Source of the DNA: Lama glama
Lineage: Eukaryota
NCBI GenBank assembly: GCA_028534125.1
Contig: CM052817.1
Location: forward strand, 4,652,001-4,716,000
Length of the DNA stretch: 64,000 nucleotides
Reading direction: 5' to 3'
Shown here: positions 26,598-38,120 of the stretch, one piece after another
Position numbering within the stretch: position 1 is the first letter of the stretch
Layout: each line of letters starts with the position of its first letter
The notes under the pieces: model-generated
Database searches by the model: none
Told to the model about the DNA's origin: nothing
What the model saw: only the letters and a program-made list of their open reading frames with translations
Made by a program: the position numbers and the translations under genes

Positions 26598-28002
26598 ATA
26601 CCGTAACAAAAGCAACAACCGGCCTGCGCTGAGTGGCCACGATTTGTCGAGCGCGGCGCCCCGGTGTCTTGTAAAGTCAGAATTATTTTTAGGTGAACGT
26701 AACAGAAATTCATTTCAAATGAGTCTGAGCGTAAAGGGAATGGATTGATGCCCTGACTGTTCTCCAAAAGAGCAGGGCTGAGCTCTAGGGGCCCAAGTGA
26801 CAGAGGACGCTTGGTGGGCTCTCTGCTTCTCCGTCTCTCTCCCGTTGCTTTGCGTCCACTAGTAAGCTGCTTCCCCACAGGAAGGGACGTGGTAACTGGC
26901 AGCCTTGAGCTGCTGGCCCTTCAGCATCCAGCTCTCCTGGCTTTGCTGTCAAAGTGCTTTCTGTGTTGTATCTTCCTAGCGTGGAACAGTTTTACACCCC
27001 CCAGTTCATTTTGTCCTTCAAAAACCCCTTGACGCAGGTATTATGGTTACCCCATTTTACAGATGAGGAAGTTGAGGCACAGAGGAAAATAAAGGCACTA
27101 CCCAGAGACACACAGTTCTGTGCAGCGGGGCTGGGAGCCAGCGCAGGTTTGGGGGAGTCGAGAGCCTGCACTCTCTTTTTCTAACCATTAAAAAAAATAC
27201 TTTCAGATTCACACGAAGTTGCAAAGCTAGCATCGAGAGTTCCAGTGCCCCGATCCATGTTTCATGGTTTCCCCCAGAGGTTGCATCTTACAGAACTCTG
27301 GTACAATATCCAAACCAGGAAGCTGACAGTGATGTAAAATGTATGTACAGTTCAGTGTCATTTTATCACATGTAGTTTCATGTAACCGACACCACAGTTA
27401 AGATACAGAACTATTCAGTCGCCACAGAGATCTGCTTTGCTCCCCCTTGCTAGTTATATCCACTCCCCGCCTCCATTACCCCCCCCCCATGTTGTCAGCT
27501 CTGGAATGTTATTCACATGGAACCCTACAGGGTGTGGCTGTGGACGCTGGCTTTTTTTGTGCAGTTTGATGCCCTAAGGATCCTCCAGTTCTTTCTTTTC
27601 ATCACAGACAGGTGTCCCATTTCTTTAACTGTCCACGGGTTTAGGGACATTTCAGTTGTTTCCAGAGCCTGTGCTGTGTCCCCTGAGCCCCATCGCCTCA
27701 CGGAACATGAGTAGGAGGAGGGAAAATGACTAATTGGCCCTGCTGCAGGCCAGGGCTTTAGCTGCGACGAGTGAGTCGGAAGGGATGGGTGAAGGCTTTG
27801 AGATCACCATGCGAGCCGAGGCTGCAGACCAACTAGGGTTTTTTTGACAGCTCTGTGAATTTGGGAGCATGTTTTCAAGACCGAGCCACTAAAATATTTA
27901 TCTCCCTGGGACAAGAAGTCCTAAGACCTTAATCCCTGAAAACTTGTTGTCCATCAAGGTTAGAGCGGTGAGGCTCTGAGCTCCCTGCATTAACCCCTCT
28001 AG

Positions 28003-28199
28003 GAGCTGAGACTGGCCTCCTACCTGTCGAAGCTGACGATGGTGCCGGGGAGCACGCTGCGCCGGCTCCTGAGCGTGGCTCTGCCCGCAGCCTCCCAGCC
28101 TGAGCTGCTGGCCGTGCTGGACTCCATCGGCCAGAAGCATCAGGACCACGTGGTGGAGAATGATGGCGGCGGGGTGCAGACCGATCTGGGCAGGAGGCG
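28003..28199 (+). CDS. EVC2: EVC2 coding exon (human exon 20 equivalent)
   Basis: taacccctctag|GAG acceptor, CG|gtgagt donor; 197 nt. Encodes ELRLASYLSKLTMVPGSTLRRLLSVALPAASQPELLAVLDSIGQKHQDHVVENDGGGVQTDLGRR. Confidence 0.95.
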
Positions 28200-28608
28200 G
28201 TGAGTGCAGGGTCGGGCTGCCTCTGGAAAACAGTGAGTGAGGTCCCATAAGGAGAACAGATGCAGGAGGGAGCAGGACCCCAAGGGCACAAGCACACGCC
28301 TTCCCAGGGGAACTTCATTACAGCATCCAAGAGATGGAGCAGACAGCATCCAAGTCGCCATGAATCCTCTTTAAGTCGCAGTAGCCCAAGTGTTTTGTCC
28401 ACAGCTTCTCTTTTCATCACCAATTGATTCCTCCAGTAGGCTTTTAAGAAAATAAGTGTCCTTGAGCTGTAAATATGCCGTATGCGCACAACAAGTACAT
28501 AAAGGAAAAAGAAGACAGAGAAACAGCCATGGTTCTATCAGCTGGAGAAAACGGCTGTTAGCATTTTGTTACAATTCTTCCTCCAGAATGTGTCTGCTGA
28601 GTGTGTGC

Positions 28609-28610
<2 letters not shown>

Positions 28611-28641
<31 letters not shown>
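28611..28641. repeat. (TG)n microsatellite
   Basis: About 15 uninterrupted TG units. Confidence 0.9.
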
Positions 28642-28643
<2 letters not shown>

Positions 28644-30744
28644 GAATCCCAGTACATACAACCTGGCAGCCTGCTTTTCAGAACCTCACAGCAGAAGCAA
28701 GTTTGCATATTACCTTTCAACTCTTGTTCATGTGTAAACGTCTTTCTAATTATCACACTATCTAGACTATATTTCAGCTATTTTTATTAACAATTTAAAA
28801 TTCATACTTTTGAAACATCTGCATAGATACTATTTTTAATGGCTGCCTGTTATTCCACTAGGTGTGTAGGACAGTGTATGTGACTGCTACCCTGTTACTG
28901 GACATTTGGTTTGGGTTCATTTTTCCTCAATTACGGGTAATGCTGGATAGATACTTTCCTTAGGGTTAAGTTCCAGGTGTGAATTCGGTCGGTAAAGCCT
29001 CTTTGTAAAGAAAGGCAGGAAGTGGGGCTGTGGATAAGGTGGGTTTGGGGCAGCCAGCGGTACCACTTGAGAACAGATTCTGGCAGCGGGAAGGTTACCA
29101 GGACAGCCACGACCAGACCTGCAAGTGCAGAAGGCCAGGCAGTGAAGCCGGCGCCTCAACCAGGATCCAGGGGAGGCTGGGGATGGGCGTCTCGGAGCCC
29201 AGGAGTCTGTTGAAACTGCGTGATTGCATCGATAAGTGTATATGTACGTTATTTTTCCTGACTCACAGGGGTCCCTGACTTAAAAAGGTCAGAAGCACTG
29301 CTGAGGGCTGGGAGTGGTCAGGGCTGGTATGGGCGTGGTCAGGGACAGCAGGGCGTGGTCAGGGTGGGTGTGGCCGGCGCTGGGTGTGGGTGTGGCCAGG
29401 GCTCTTGCGGGCAAGTCAGAGTTACAAGTCTCAGCCTGGTCTCTCCCAGTGCACGGTCAGGGAAGAACATGCTGAGGGCAGGTATTGGAGTTGACCCTGG
29501 AGCTGGAACATGCGTGGTCACAGGGAAGCCACCTGTGCCTGAGAGCCACTCATGGGGACCTTGTTTGTGGAGTTCCCCTTTGTTCAGTTTAGTTTGGGAG
29601 GCTGGTGAGCTGGGATGGGCAGGCTGCTGTGGGACAAAGCTGGAGCACCCAGGTGGCTTGTCACCATGAGCATGACACACCCTTTCTTTGCCCGACCACA
29701 TGGCCAAGTGGACTGGATGACTTCTGGGTCCCAGGCCACTCGCCATAGTAACTGAGGGCAGGGCTGTCACTACTCCAGTGTTCTAAGTGCCTGGTGCCTG
29801 GTCACACCATCAGTCCAGGGTCTTGGGTTTCAAGCAGCAGAAACGACTGACTAAGCAAGAAAGGGTGAGTGAGGGGCCCGTCAGAATCCAGGAAAAGCTG
29901 GACGCCGGCTCCCTGGACAGGCAGGACCGGGACAAGATGAGGGCCTTCCTCTCTGGGTGTGCCCTTCAGAGGACCAGCCTCCTTTGCCCAGGAGCTGGAC
30001 TCCTGAGACAGAGAGCCTGGCCCAGCCTGTCTACCACCAGGCAAGGCAGAGTATGAACTTGGCCAGAGCTGGGCACAGACAGGACTCTCAGTCCCACTCT
30101 GTCTTATTGACTTGAGTCCGATCCCGTGAACATCTCCCCCCTCCCTCTCCACTAGGATGTCCCTTCTTCATTCTAGAATCACACTCCATCACGTGGCATT
30201 AGGGCTCCCTGCCTTGCCCACCTTCCAAGCTTCCACTGTGCTTCTCAACATTCTTATTCTTATATTCATAAAACACTTGCTGAGCTCCTTATATGCCACT
30301 GTCCTGGGCGCTAGTGTACGTGGGAGAGTGAGGGACAGTCCTGCCGCGCGGAGCGTCCCCTCCAGTGGGAGAGCTGGGCCATACACAAGCCAGCGCGTAA
30401 AGCCCATTCCTTCACGGATGCTGCCTGCCCTCCCTCCGCTGGGACGCCGGGACTCAGTTCAAGTGTCCTCACATCTAGGGAGCCTTCCTCTATCTGACTG
30501 ATGTCACCTGGTACCTGTCGGGAACCCCTGGACTGGGGACCCCTTGCGGGCCGAGATCGTGTCTTGACTAGGCTGCTAGATTAGTGTTCGTGGAGTGAGT
30601 GAGGGAACGAACAGTGAAAGGTCAGGGTTAGGGTTTCTCGTGTCACCGAGAAGAGAGAAGTCCCCTAGGGCTTTTTAGGATTACACATTGCTTGGAGATT
30701 CTATTCTTTTTGAAAATATAAGCACACTCCCTTCTCACCTTCAG

Positions 30745-30846
30745 GAAACGCCAGGGCTGGTGGCAGGACTTGGAGAGCAAACTTCGAGGAGAACTGATAA
30801 GCAGAGGATTAGAAAAGATGCTCTGGGCTCAGGAGAGGAAGGAGCG
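30745..30846 (+). CDS. EVC2: EVC2 coding exon (human exon 21 equivalent)
   Basis: ctcaccttcag|G acceptor, CG|gtaagg donor; 102 nt. Encodes (R)KRQGWWQDLESKLRGELISRGLEKMLWAQERKE. Confidence 0.95.
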
Positions 30847-32364
30847 GTAAGGAGGGCGTCTGCTCGGTGGGCTGGGAGGGCTCAGCCAGGCTGCCTGTGA
30901 GCCTGAGGGGAGGTGGGGGGGCCACGAAGGGAGGGTTCCTGCAAACTCACCAACGACACTCCTTCCCTAAAGACCACAATCTTTATTCAAAGCAGGCTTT
31001 GTTTAGGAGCTGAAGATAAGCCTCTGGCTGTCAGTGGGAGCAGATTCTCCTGATTTTTATTAGCATTGTAATTGTGGGATTTATTTTAACTAATGGCTCT
31101 TTTTAAATGGGCTCCCATTAGATGGAGAATAATTCTTTATAGATGTGCGGACTCCATAGCTGACAGAGCCATCTCCTGTCTCGCCGCATGGAGCCTCCCC
31201 GCTTTCCAGAAAGTGGGGAAGGTCCCACGGCCACTGTTCCCCAGCTCAGAGCAGCCCGAGGCAGAGGCCCAGCCTGCAGGCGGGAAGTCGTGGCCTTACG
31301 TCCCTGAACCTCCAGGCCGGTGCTCTTGTCCCTCAGTTTCCTCTGCCAAGTGCCCTTCTCTGTTAGCTGTGGTTGCTGCACATCTGGAGAGCAGAGGAAG
31401 GTGAGAGGCAGAGTGGCTTCAGCTCGCTACAAACACGAGACCAAGCAGCTCCCCCGTTTCCCCGCAGAGGGGACTTGGAGGGAGAGTCACATCAGGCAGA
31501 TTCGGAACAGGTTAAAAAGTGATATCCAAAGGGTGCTCTGGACACAGCTGATGTCCAAGGGAGGTGTCTGATCCGAGTCCTGCCCCTTCCAAAATGTCTC
31601 AGAGCTCCGGTGAAGGTGCTAAGACCAAACTTCCTGAACCGTCCATGATTAAAGTCTAGGAGCCGTTGATCACAGCAGGCTGGGAATCAGAATTTAGTCC
31701 CAGAGAAATTAGATGTGGATGTTGAGCACAAAGCAAGACAGTGAAATTCAAGCCGTGCAAACGTGAAGCGCTCCACCGAGGAACGGAGGTCAGCTGCTCA
31801 GGGTGAAGGTAGGGGCGCGAAGGTGGTCCTGGGCGCACAGGCGCCAGCGGTGCAGGTACAGGCCAGGGGGGCGCTGGCCGCACCGTCCCGGCTCCCTGTG
31901 CTCCTGGCAGTGTCCTGCTCTCCCTCCAGGCCCTGTGGACGGATGGTGGGAGGAGGAGAGTCTGGTCTTCGAATCCTTACTCAGATTCACGCTCGCTGCA
32001 GGGGCAGGAGTCAGTGGCGGTGGCGGTGGAGCCTGACCCACTACGTCTGTTCAGGAAGAGCCCGCAAGCCCTCCAGTAGCCTCTGGCAGATCGGCCCCCA
32101 GTGACCTGGCCCTGTCCCGCACTGCTTGGGCAAACAACCCTGTGGCTTTCAGGCTGTCCAGGGCTCTCAGAGGGAGTCAGAGCCATTAGCAATTGCAGCT
32201 GGGACCTAGGGGCTGGACCGCTCCTGGGCAGGATTACGGCTGTCCTTTCTCGGGATATTTCCGAAGCCTGTCACTCTGTTCTATTTCCAACACGTTTTAC
32301 CTAACTTCTGACTCGGCTTTATAATCAGGTTCTATCCGCCTGCTTTGAGTGGGAGGCCCACAGG

Positions 32365-32562
32365 CAGCAGTGTCATAGTAAATGTTTCACAATCGGCCAG
32401 GACGGTGGGGGAAGAGACGGGAGTTCTGATCTGCAGCTCTTGCCAACTTCCATCGTGTGAAACCCTCCCACCCTAGCTGGTTCCAAGCTGCTGACAGGTT
32501 CACAAAACTCTGGAAAAGTGAACAGTCCTGAGTCGGTGAGCGCTGTCTGCAGCACACCACGG
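32365..32562 (-). mobile_element. MER63-like hAT-Blackjack DNA transposon remnant
   Basis: Imperfect terminal inverted repeats (cagcagtgt... / ...cagcacaccacgg) and internal gtaaatgtttcacaatcggc, ttgccaacttccatcgtgtgaa. Confidence 0.55.
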
Positions 32563-32732
32563 CCACAGGCTTCAGCTCATCCCAGGGCAACCAAAGGGAA
32601 GAACCTTTCTTTAAAATGACACTTGATTGAGGACCTAGGGACCCAAAGGGGTTTTCCTGGAGGAAGTTTTTGGGACACTCGGTAGGGTCAGTTGCCAAAA
32701 ATGTCAAACCTGATCTTCTGTTCTTTCTTTAG

Positions 32733-33000
32733 CATATTAAAGAAGACGTGTCCCGCTCTCAGAGAGAGGATGGCATTCTCTGGAAAAGGAAGTTGGCCGC
32801 ACCTGTCCCTGGAGTCCGTCGGCGAACTGACCCCAGTGCCCATTGTAGGGGCGGAAACCATAGATTTATTCAACACCGGCGAAAAGCTCTTTATCTTCCG
32901 AAATCCCAAGGAGCCGGAGATCTCACTGCATGTCCCCCCCAGGAGAAAGAAGAACTTTCTAAATGCCAAAAAGGCCACTTGGGCCTCGGGCATGAACTAG
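32733..33000 (+). CDS. EVC2: EVC2 terminal coding exon (human exon 22 equivalent), carrying the C-terminal W-peptide
   Basis: ttctttctttag|C acceptor; 268 nt ending at TAG 32998-33000. Encodes (R)ILKKTCPALRERMAFSGKGSWPHLSLESVGELTPVPIVGAETIDLFNTGEKLFIFRNPKEPEISLHVPPRRKKNFLNAKKATWASGMN*. Confidence 0.97.
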
Positions 33001-33038
33001 CCCAAAGGAGTCTGAAGACAGATTTGCTTTCTCCTGCC

Positions 33039-33071
<33 letters not shown>

Positions 33072-33440
33072 AAGGTACAACCTGCAGATGTAAATTGCAC
33101 GTGCAGAAGACACAGACACCCCCAACCCTCGCCTTCCCTCCACGGCTCTCAGTGACTCAGTTTAATCTGGTCTTGTGCGTTCCCAGATGGGCCACTCTCT
33201 TCAGCGTCACAAGGGACATGAAGGGACAGAGGACCAGCCTGTTAACGCTGGTTGCTTTCAGTCCCACCTCGCCGAGGGTCTGGAGGAGACCCCAGCCCCC
33301 ACTCACATCCCCGCAACGTCTGCCTGCAGGTTGGGCTGTGTGTCAGAGGCCACGCTGTCCGTTCTTACCTTGTATGTTTCTTACATGTTCTTTTTTTATC
33401 AAGGGAACTTTTGAAAATAAATGCATTTGACACAAAGCTC
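33001..33440 (+). other. EVC2: EVC2 3'UTR (end approximate)
   Basis: Follows the stop codon, contains a (TG)n tract at ~33040-33071 and runs to just past AATAAA at 33416-33421. Confidence 0.7.
33416..33421 (+). terminator. EVC2 polyadenylation signal AATAAA
   Basis: First AATAAA I found after the stop codon; T-rich sequence upstream and GT/T-rich sequence downstream (cgtttttgctttctgt). Confidence 0.75.
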
Positions 33441-34974
33441 TTCTCGGTGAAGCTCGTTTTTGCTTTCTGTAGGGACTGTTCATTTTTAATCACTTCTTGT
33501 GTTTTGGCCCCACACTGTGGTATTTGACAGAGATCTGCTCTCTGTGTTTCCAGTGGCCAGAAGATGTGCAGGCCACAGGGCGGTACCATCTCCAACCCAC
33601 ATCACAAAACTCAGCGGCTTAAGAAGGTGAGGTGATTAGTGTGAGATCATAAAGCCAATAAGTTAACCAAGAAGGTCTCCCACTACAGCCCCAAACTCTT
33701 GTGCCTTCTCCTGCTCCATCAGTGGACACTCCTGTCCTCCCCGTTTGCCAACAAACTGACTACGCACAGGTCCTCGTGTGTCTCAGTGCTTTCCTGTGCC
33801 CTGACCCTCGTCATCCTCACGGTGGTAGTTGAGCCAATGAGGACCCACTGGAGCTGGACCGGATCATGGTCTCAGCTTTCTTGAGAGCCAGGCAAGGCAC
33901 ACAATCACAGCAGGCCTTTCCTGAGGACACAAAGTGATTGGGAGGGGAATCGGGTCACCAGGGAGAGGAAGACAAGGAATCCTGATGAAGCACGTGTTCC
34001 TTGAGAGCGGCTGCTAGACCCTTCCAGCTGCTTTAACCCACATCTTAATCCTCACCAACCCCCCAGCAGGTGGGGTCATGACTCCCATTTTACAGCCAAG
34101 GAAGCTGAGAATCAGAGTTTAAGTAACCTGCCTGTGATGGCACCGTTAGAAAGGAGGAAGCCTGGCTTTGAGTTCAGGTGTCCTCACTTAAAGCCCTTCT
34201 CTGCCACGACTCATCCCAGTGCTTTCGGCAGCCGGCAGGTCAGGTCTTATTTGCGGTTTCCTACCAGCAGGCACGCAGCGCGGTGAGCGGGGGCCTCTCC
34301 TGAGGATCGCGTTTCTTCCGGGAGGGGGCCGTGCACCGTCTTAAGGCTGCCAGTGGGCTGTATGACTGCACTGGCAGATACGCACAAAGACGAAGTTCAA
34401 ATGCAAGAAAGAAGAGCGGTCAGTTTTCCCATCTGAAGGTCGAGTGAGCAGAGGGAGGACAGGAAGAGCAGTGATTTTCACACACAGGATCGTGGAGTGG
34501 AAAATGCACGGTCTTTGATGTAAGCCAGCTTAAGTTCGGGTCCTGCTTGCTTGCTTGTGAGCTGTGCTTGCTAGGCAGTCACCCGACCTTCCTGAGCCTG
34601 CTTCCTCATCAGCAAAATGGTGGCGAGAACCCCTTGTTAAGAGGATTGGATGAAACTGGGTCCATAAAGCGCTTGGTGCAGGTGTGGGCTGCCCACAGCT
34701 AAGTCCTTCTGTGGTCCTTGAAGGTGACCCACCTGCCTTTCTAAGGATTCCCTGGTGCTAGAATTATGTACAGTTGAAAGTAGACTGCACATAGATTTCA
34801 AAAAATAACTCAAAATTATGGGCTGAAGACTGATTGAACAGACTATTCACAACAGCAGGAGGTGCTCAAGCTGTTCAAAATACAGCATCGGAACCTGATT
34901 ATAACTCCCTACGGTAACAGACGGGAGTCCGGCTACTGATTTAATTCTCTGAACTCACCACACGAGAAACACGA

Positions 34975-35190
34975 AGAAGTGCTGGGGAAAGCCTGCGCTT
35001 TTGGAATCAGGTAGCTTGGGTGTAAATCCTGCCTCTGCAACTTCTGAACAAGCCCCTTTACCACTCTGAACCTCAGTCTCTTCATCTGTGAAACAAGAAT
35101 CCTAATACCTGCCTTAGAGGAGGGATGGCAAAGAGTGACGACATTGGATATTGTGTCCACAGAGTTCAATAAAAGGTCGGTTGCTGATTT
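34975..35190 (+). mobile_element. MIR SINE (one example of many; others at ~13040, 23180, 27030, 34060, 55930)
   Basis: ctctgaacctcagtctcttcatctgtgaaacaagaat MIR core. Confidence 0.7.
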
Positions 35191-35979
35191 ATGAATGAAC
35201 GTTGCTGATTTACTTATTATATTTTTACATCTTCACAAAATTCAGCTTTGTGATCCTCCTACAAGGGCTGCACCTGCCACAAGACACAGACGCCTATTTG
35301 TGAGAGACAAGCTCCAGGGAACTTGAACTGAAAGGACTTGAGCTCAGATCTGAGCTCTAATTTCTTACCTCTAATTTCTTCTTTTCCAGGAGTGACTACT
35401 TTCAGTTGTTGAGCTGTTTCTGTGCCATTAACATTTATATTTTTTGGAACACACTGCAACCTCTCAGTGCTGTATTATCCATAATATATATAAACTTTCT
35501 AGTATAGAAGATGTGAGTTTAGCTGTCTTAGACACACATACGCACATACACACACAGACACCGCACGCCCTTCCTCTCCACTTACGTAATGCGATTGAAA
35601 CACAAATTCCAGTAAATACTCGACATTTTTATTATTATACCTACTAAAATTTTATGTGAAGCTGAGTCATGTAGGGCATTTTAATTACATTTCTTTATTG
35701 TGTGTGTAACTTTTTGTTATCCCTAGAATTAATAATTGGCTAGAACTGTATAGTTATGTTTAAAAAAGAGAGAGACTCCATATCTTTTGGAGAAACATAC
35801 TGAAATATTTATGGAAGAAATTATGTGCTGTTAGAGATTTGCTTCAAGATAATGTGGAAGGGCTGCTGGCCATGATAAGGTAACAGAGACTGAATTTCAA
35901 CTCCCAACTTAAACAACCAGAGAGCTGGCCGACACATAGGCAAGAACTGCCTTCAGACACTGAGCAGCAGGTGGCACGA

Positions 35980-38120
35980 GACGCTGACACCTGAAGGAAG
36001 GGAAGTAAGTGGAGGGAGCCCGGCACCTGCCTGCGCTTGGTGCCTGGAGGCAGTTTTAAGGCCGCCGATCAGGGAGGGGAAACCCAAACAGAGCCCAGCA
36101 GTCTCCTTGAGTTGAGGAGACAGAGAATAGAATTCAGGGAGACTGAGGCAACTGGAATTTATGAGGCAGAATATGGAGAGAAGGAGAGACACAGAAAAGG
36201 GGGCAGAGAGAGAGAGAGAACAAGCCAGTATGGACAGAAGGGTCCCCTTAAGTCTGTCTGAATACGGAGCTGTGTGCACAGGAGGGAAAACTGTCAGGGG
36301 GAAGAAAGAACCACTAGAAAGAATTTCCAAACAATTCCCAAAGCTCCCCAAGGGCTGAGAACACGTCTCATTCCCACCAGCCAGAGGGTGATGTGTCAGC
36401 TGGTCCTCTGATGGACACTGCCTTGGTAATGGGAATAAATTACCCGCTCTGGACTCACCAGAACAAGGCTTAAAAGCAAGTCTCAACATATCTGTAGAGA
36501 AAGAAAACAGATTAGTGGTCGCCTGGGGTCTGGAGGGATGGGCAGGAGCATGGGGATTATGGAGAGTAATGGCTGATGGATACTTTTTTGGGCAATGAAA
36601 ATTTTCTAAAATTAGATTACAGTTATGCTTGCACAGCTCTGTAAATATAATAAAAACACAGTGAACTGTATACTTTAAGTGGGATGGAATGTAAATTCTA
36701 TCTTGATAAAGCCATTAAAAAGAAAAAAAAGGAAGAAAACAAGCCTCAAACAGTTTAAACTGATCTCAAGTGACTTAACAATACGCCAGAACAAAGTCCA
36801 AAGCCACTTAAAGGAATTCAATAAAATCCAGTGCCCAGTAAATGTAAAATCACCAATGTCTGGCATCCAATCAAAAATTACCAGGCGTGCAAAGAAGCAA
36901 GAATATAAGACCCATAAACATGAAAAAAAAAAAAACAACCCAATCCACTGAGACTGACTGAGAAATGACAGATATGAAAGAATTAGCATATTAGGACATT
37001 AAATCAGCTATTATACATCCCCTATATGCTCAAAATAAAGAAGAAAATATGAACGTGAATAACGGAAATGGAAAATATAAAAAGTGTTCAGAACACGTCT
37101 AGTTTCAGTTCAGACACGTAAAGAGCTTAGAAGTCAGAACGTCTGTATTTCTAACAAGAAGAAAAGCTGAACAAACTGGAACTCTTTGTCTTTTCTGGGG
37201 CCCTTCAGAGACCTGAGGTCACAGGGCAAGTCCCCACCCCGAAATCTGGAGGGACAGGCCAACCGAGAGAGTTTAGCCAAGACCCGAACTCAGACAGATG
37301 CTAAGCACAGGGATGGAGACAGACATTCCTTGTGTGGTTTGTACTGTAGAGCACTGGGAAATGTCTTCAAGATCTTGCAGTAGCTCATGGAGAAAAAAGA
37401 ATATGAAAATGAATATATGTATAGTCATGTATGACTGAAAAATTGTGCTGTGCACCAGAAATTGACACAACAGTGTAACCTGACTATAACTCAATTAAAA
37501 AAAATTTTTTTTAAAGAAAGCTGGAGCTATACAACCTGAAGCAAATCAGGCTTCAGAACAAAGGAAATCATTATGGATAAAGAGGACATTACATATCAGT
37601 AAACAGGTCAATTCTGCAGGAAGATATAGCAATCCTAAATATATATGCACCTAACAATAAAGTGTCAAAATACAAGAGGCCAGAATGATAGAGCTGCAAG
37701 GAGAAAAACCCCATTTAATAGCCACTGAATATACATTCTTCTTAAGTTCACATACAAAATTTGCTAAGGTAAACCACATTCTGGGCTGTAAAACACAACT
37801 GAAAAATCTAAAAGAATAGAAATTATTCAAAGTATATTATCAGACCACAGTGTAATTAAACCAGAAATAAAAAAACAGGGAGACAGCTGGAAAACCACAC
37901 ACATATTTGATATTAAACAGCACACATCTAAATAACACATGGGTCAAGAAGTCTCAAAAAATTTTAAAATATTTTGAGTTAATGAAAACATAACTTAACA
38001 AAATGTATGGATGCAGCAAAAGCAGTATTTGTGGAGAAATGTATACCATTAAATGCATGTAGTAGGAAAGACAAAAGATCTAAAGTCAATCATCTAAGTT
38101 TCTGCATTCGGAAGCTGGAG
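35980..38120 (+). mobile_element. Nested L1 cluster (old L1 5'/ORF2 pieces with two inserted L1 3' ends)
   Basis: L1MB-like 3' end at 36487-36735, flanked by a 12/14-matching TSD (aaagcaagtctcaa / aaaacaagcctcaa). Younger L1 tail at ~37340-37513. ORF2 endonuclease-region remnant at 37560-38110. Confidence 0.75.

Noticed and set aside
35964..35977. CTCF-like gcagcaggtggcac between the convergent genes
   Set aside because: Mismatch at a core position and located in repeat-derived sequence; not supportable without ChIP data.
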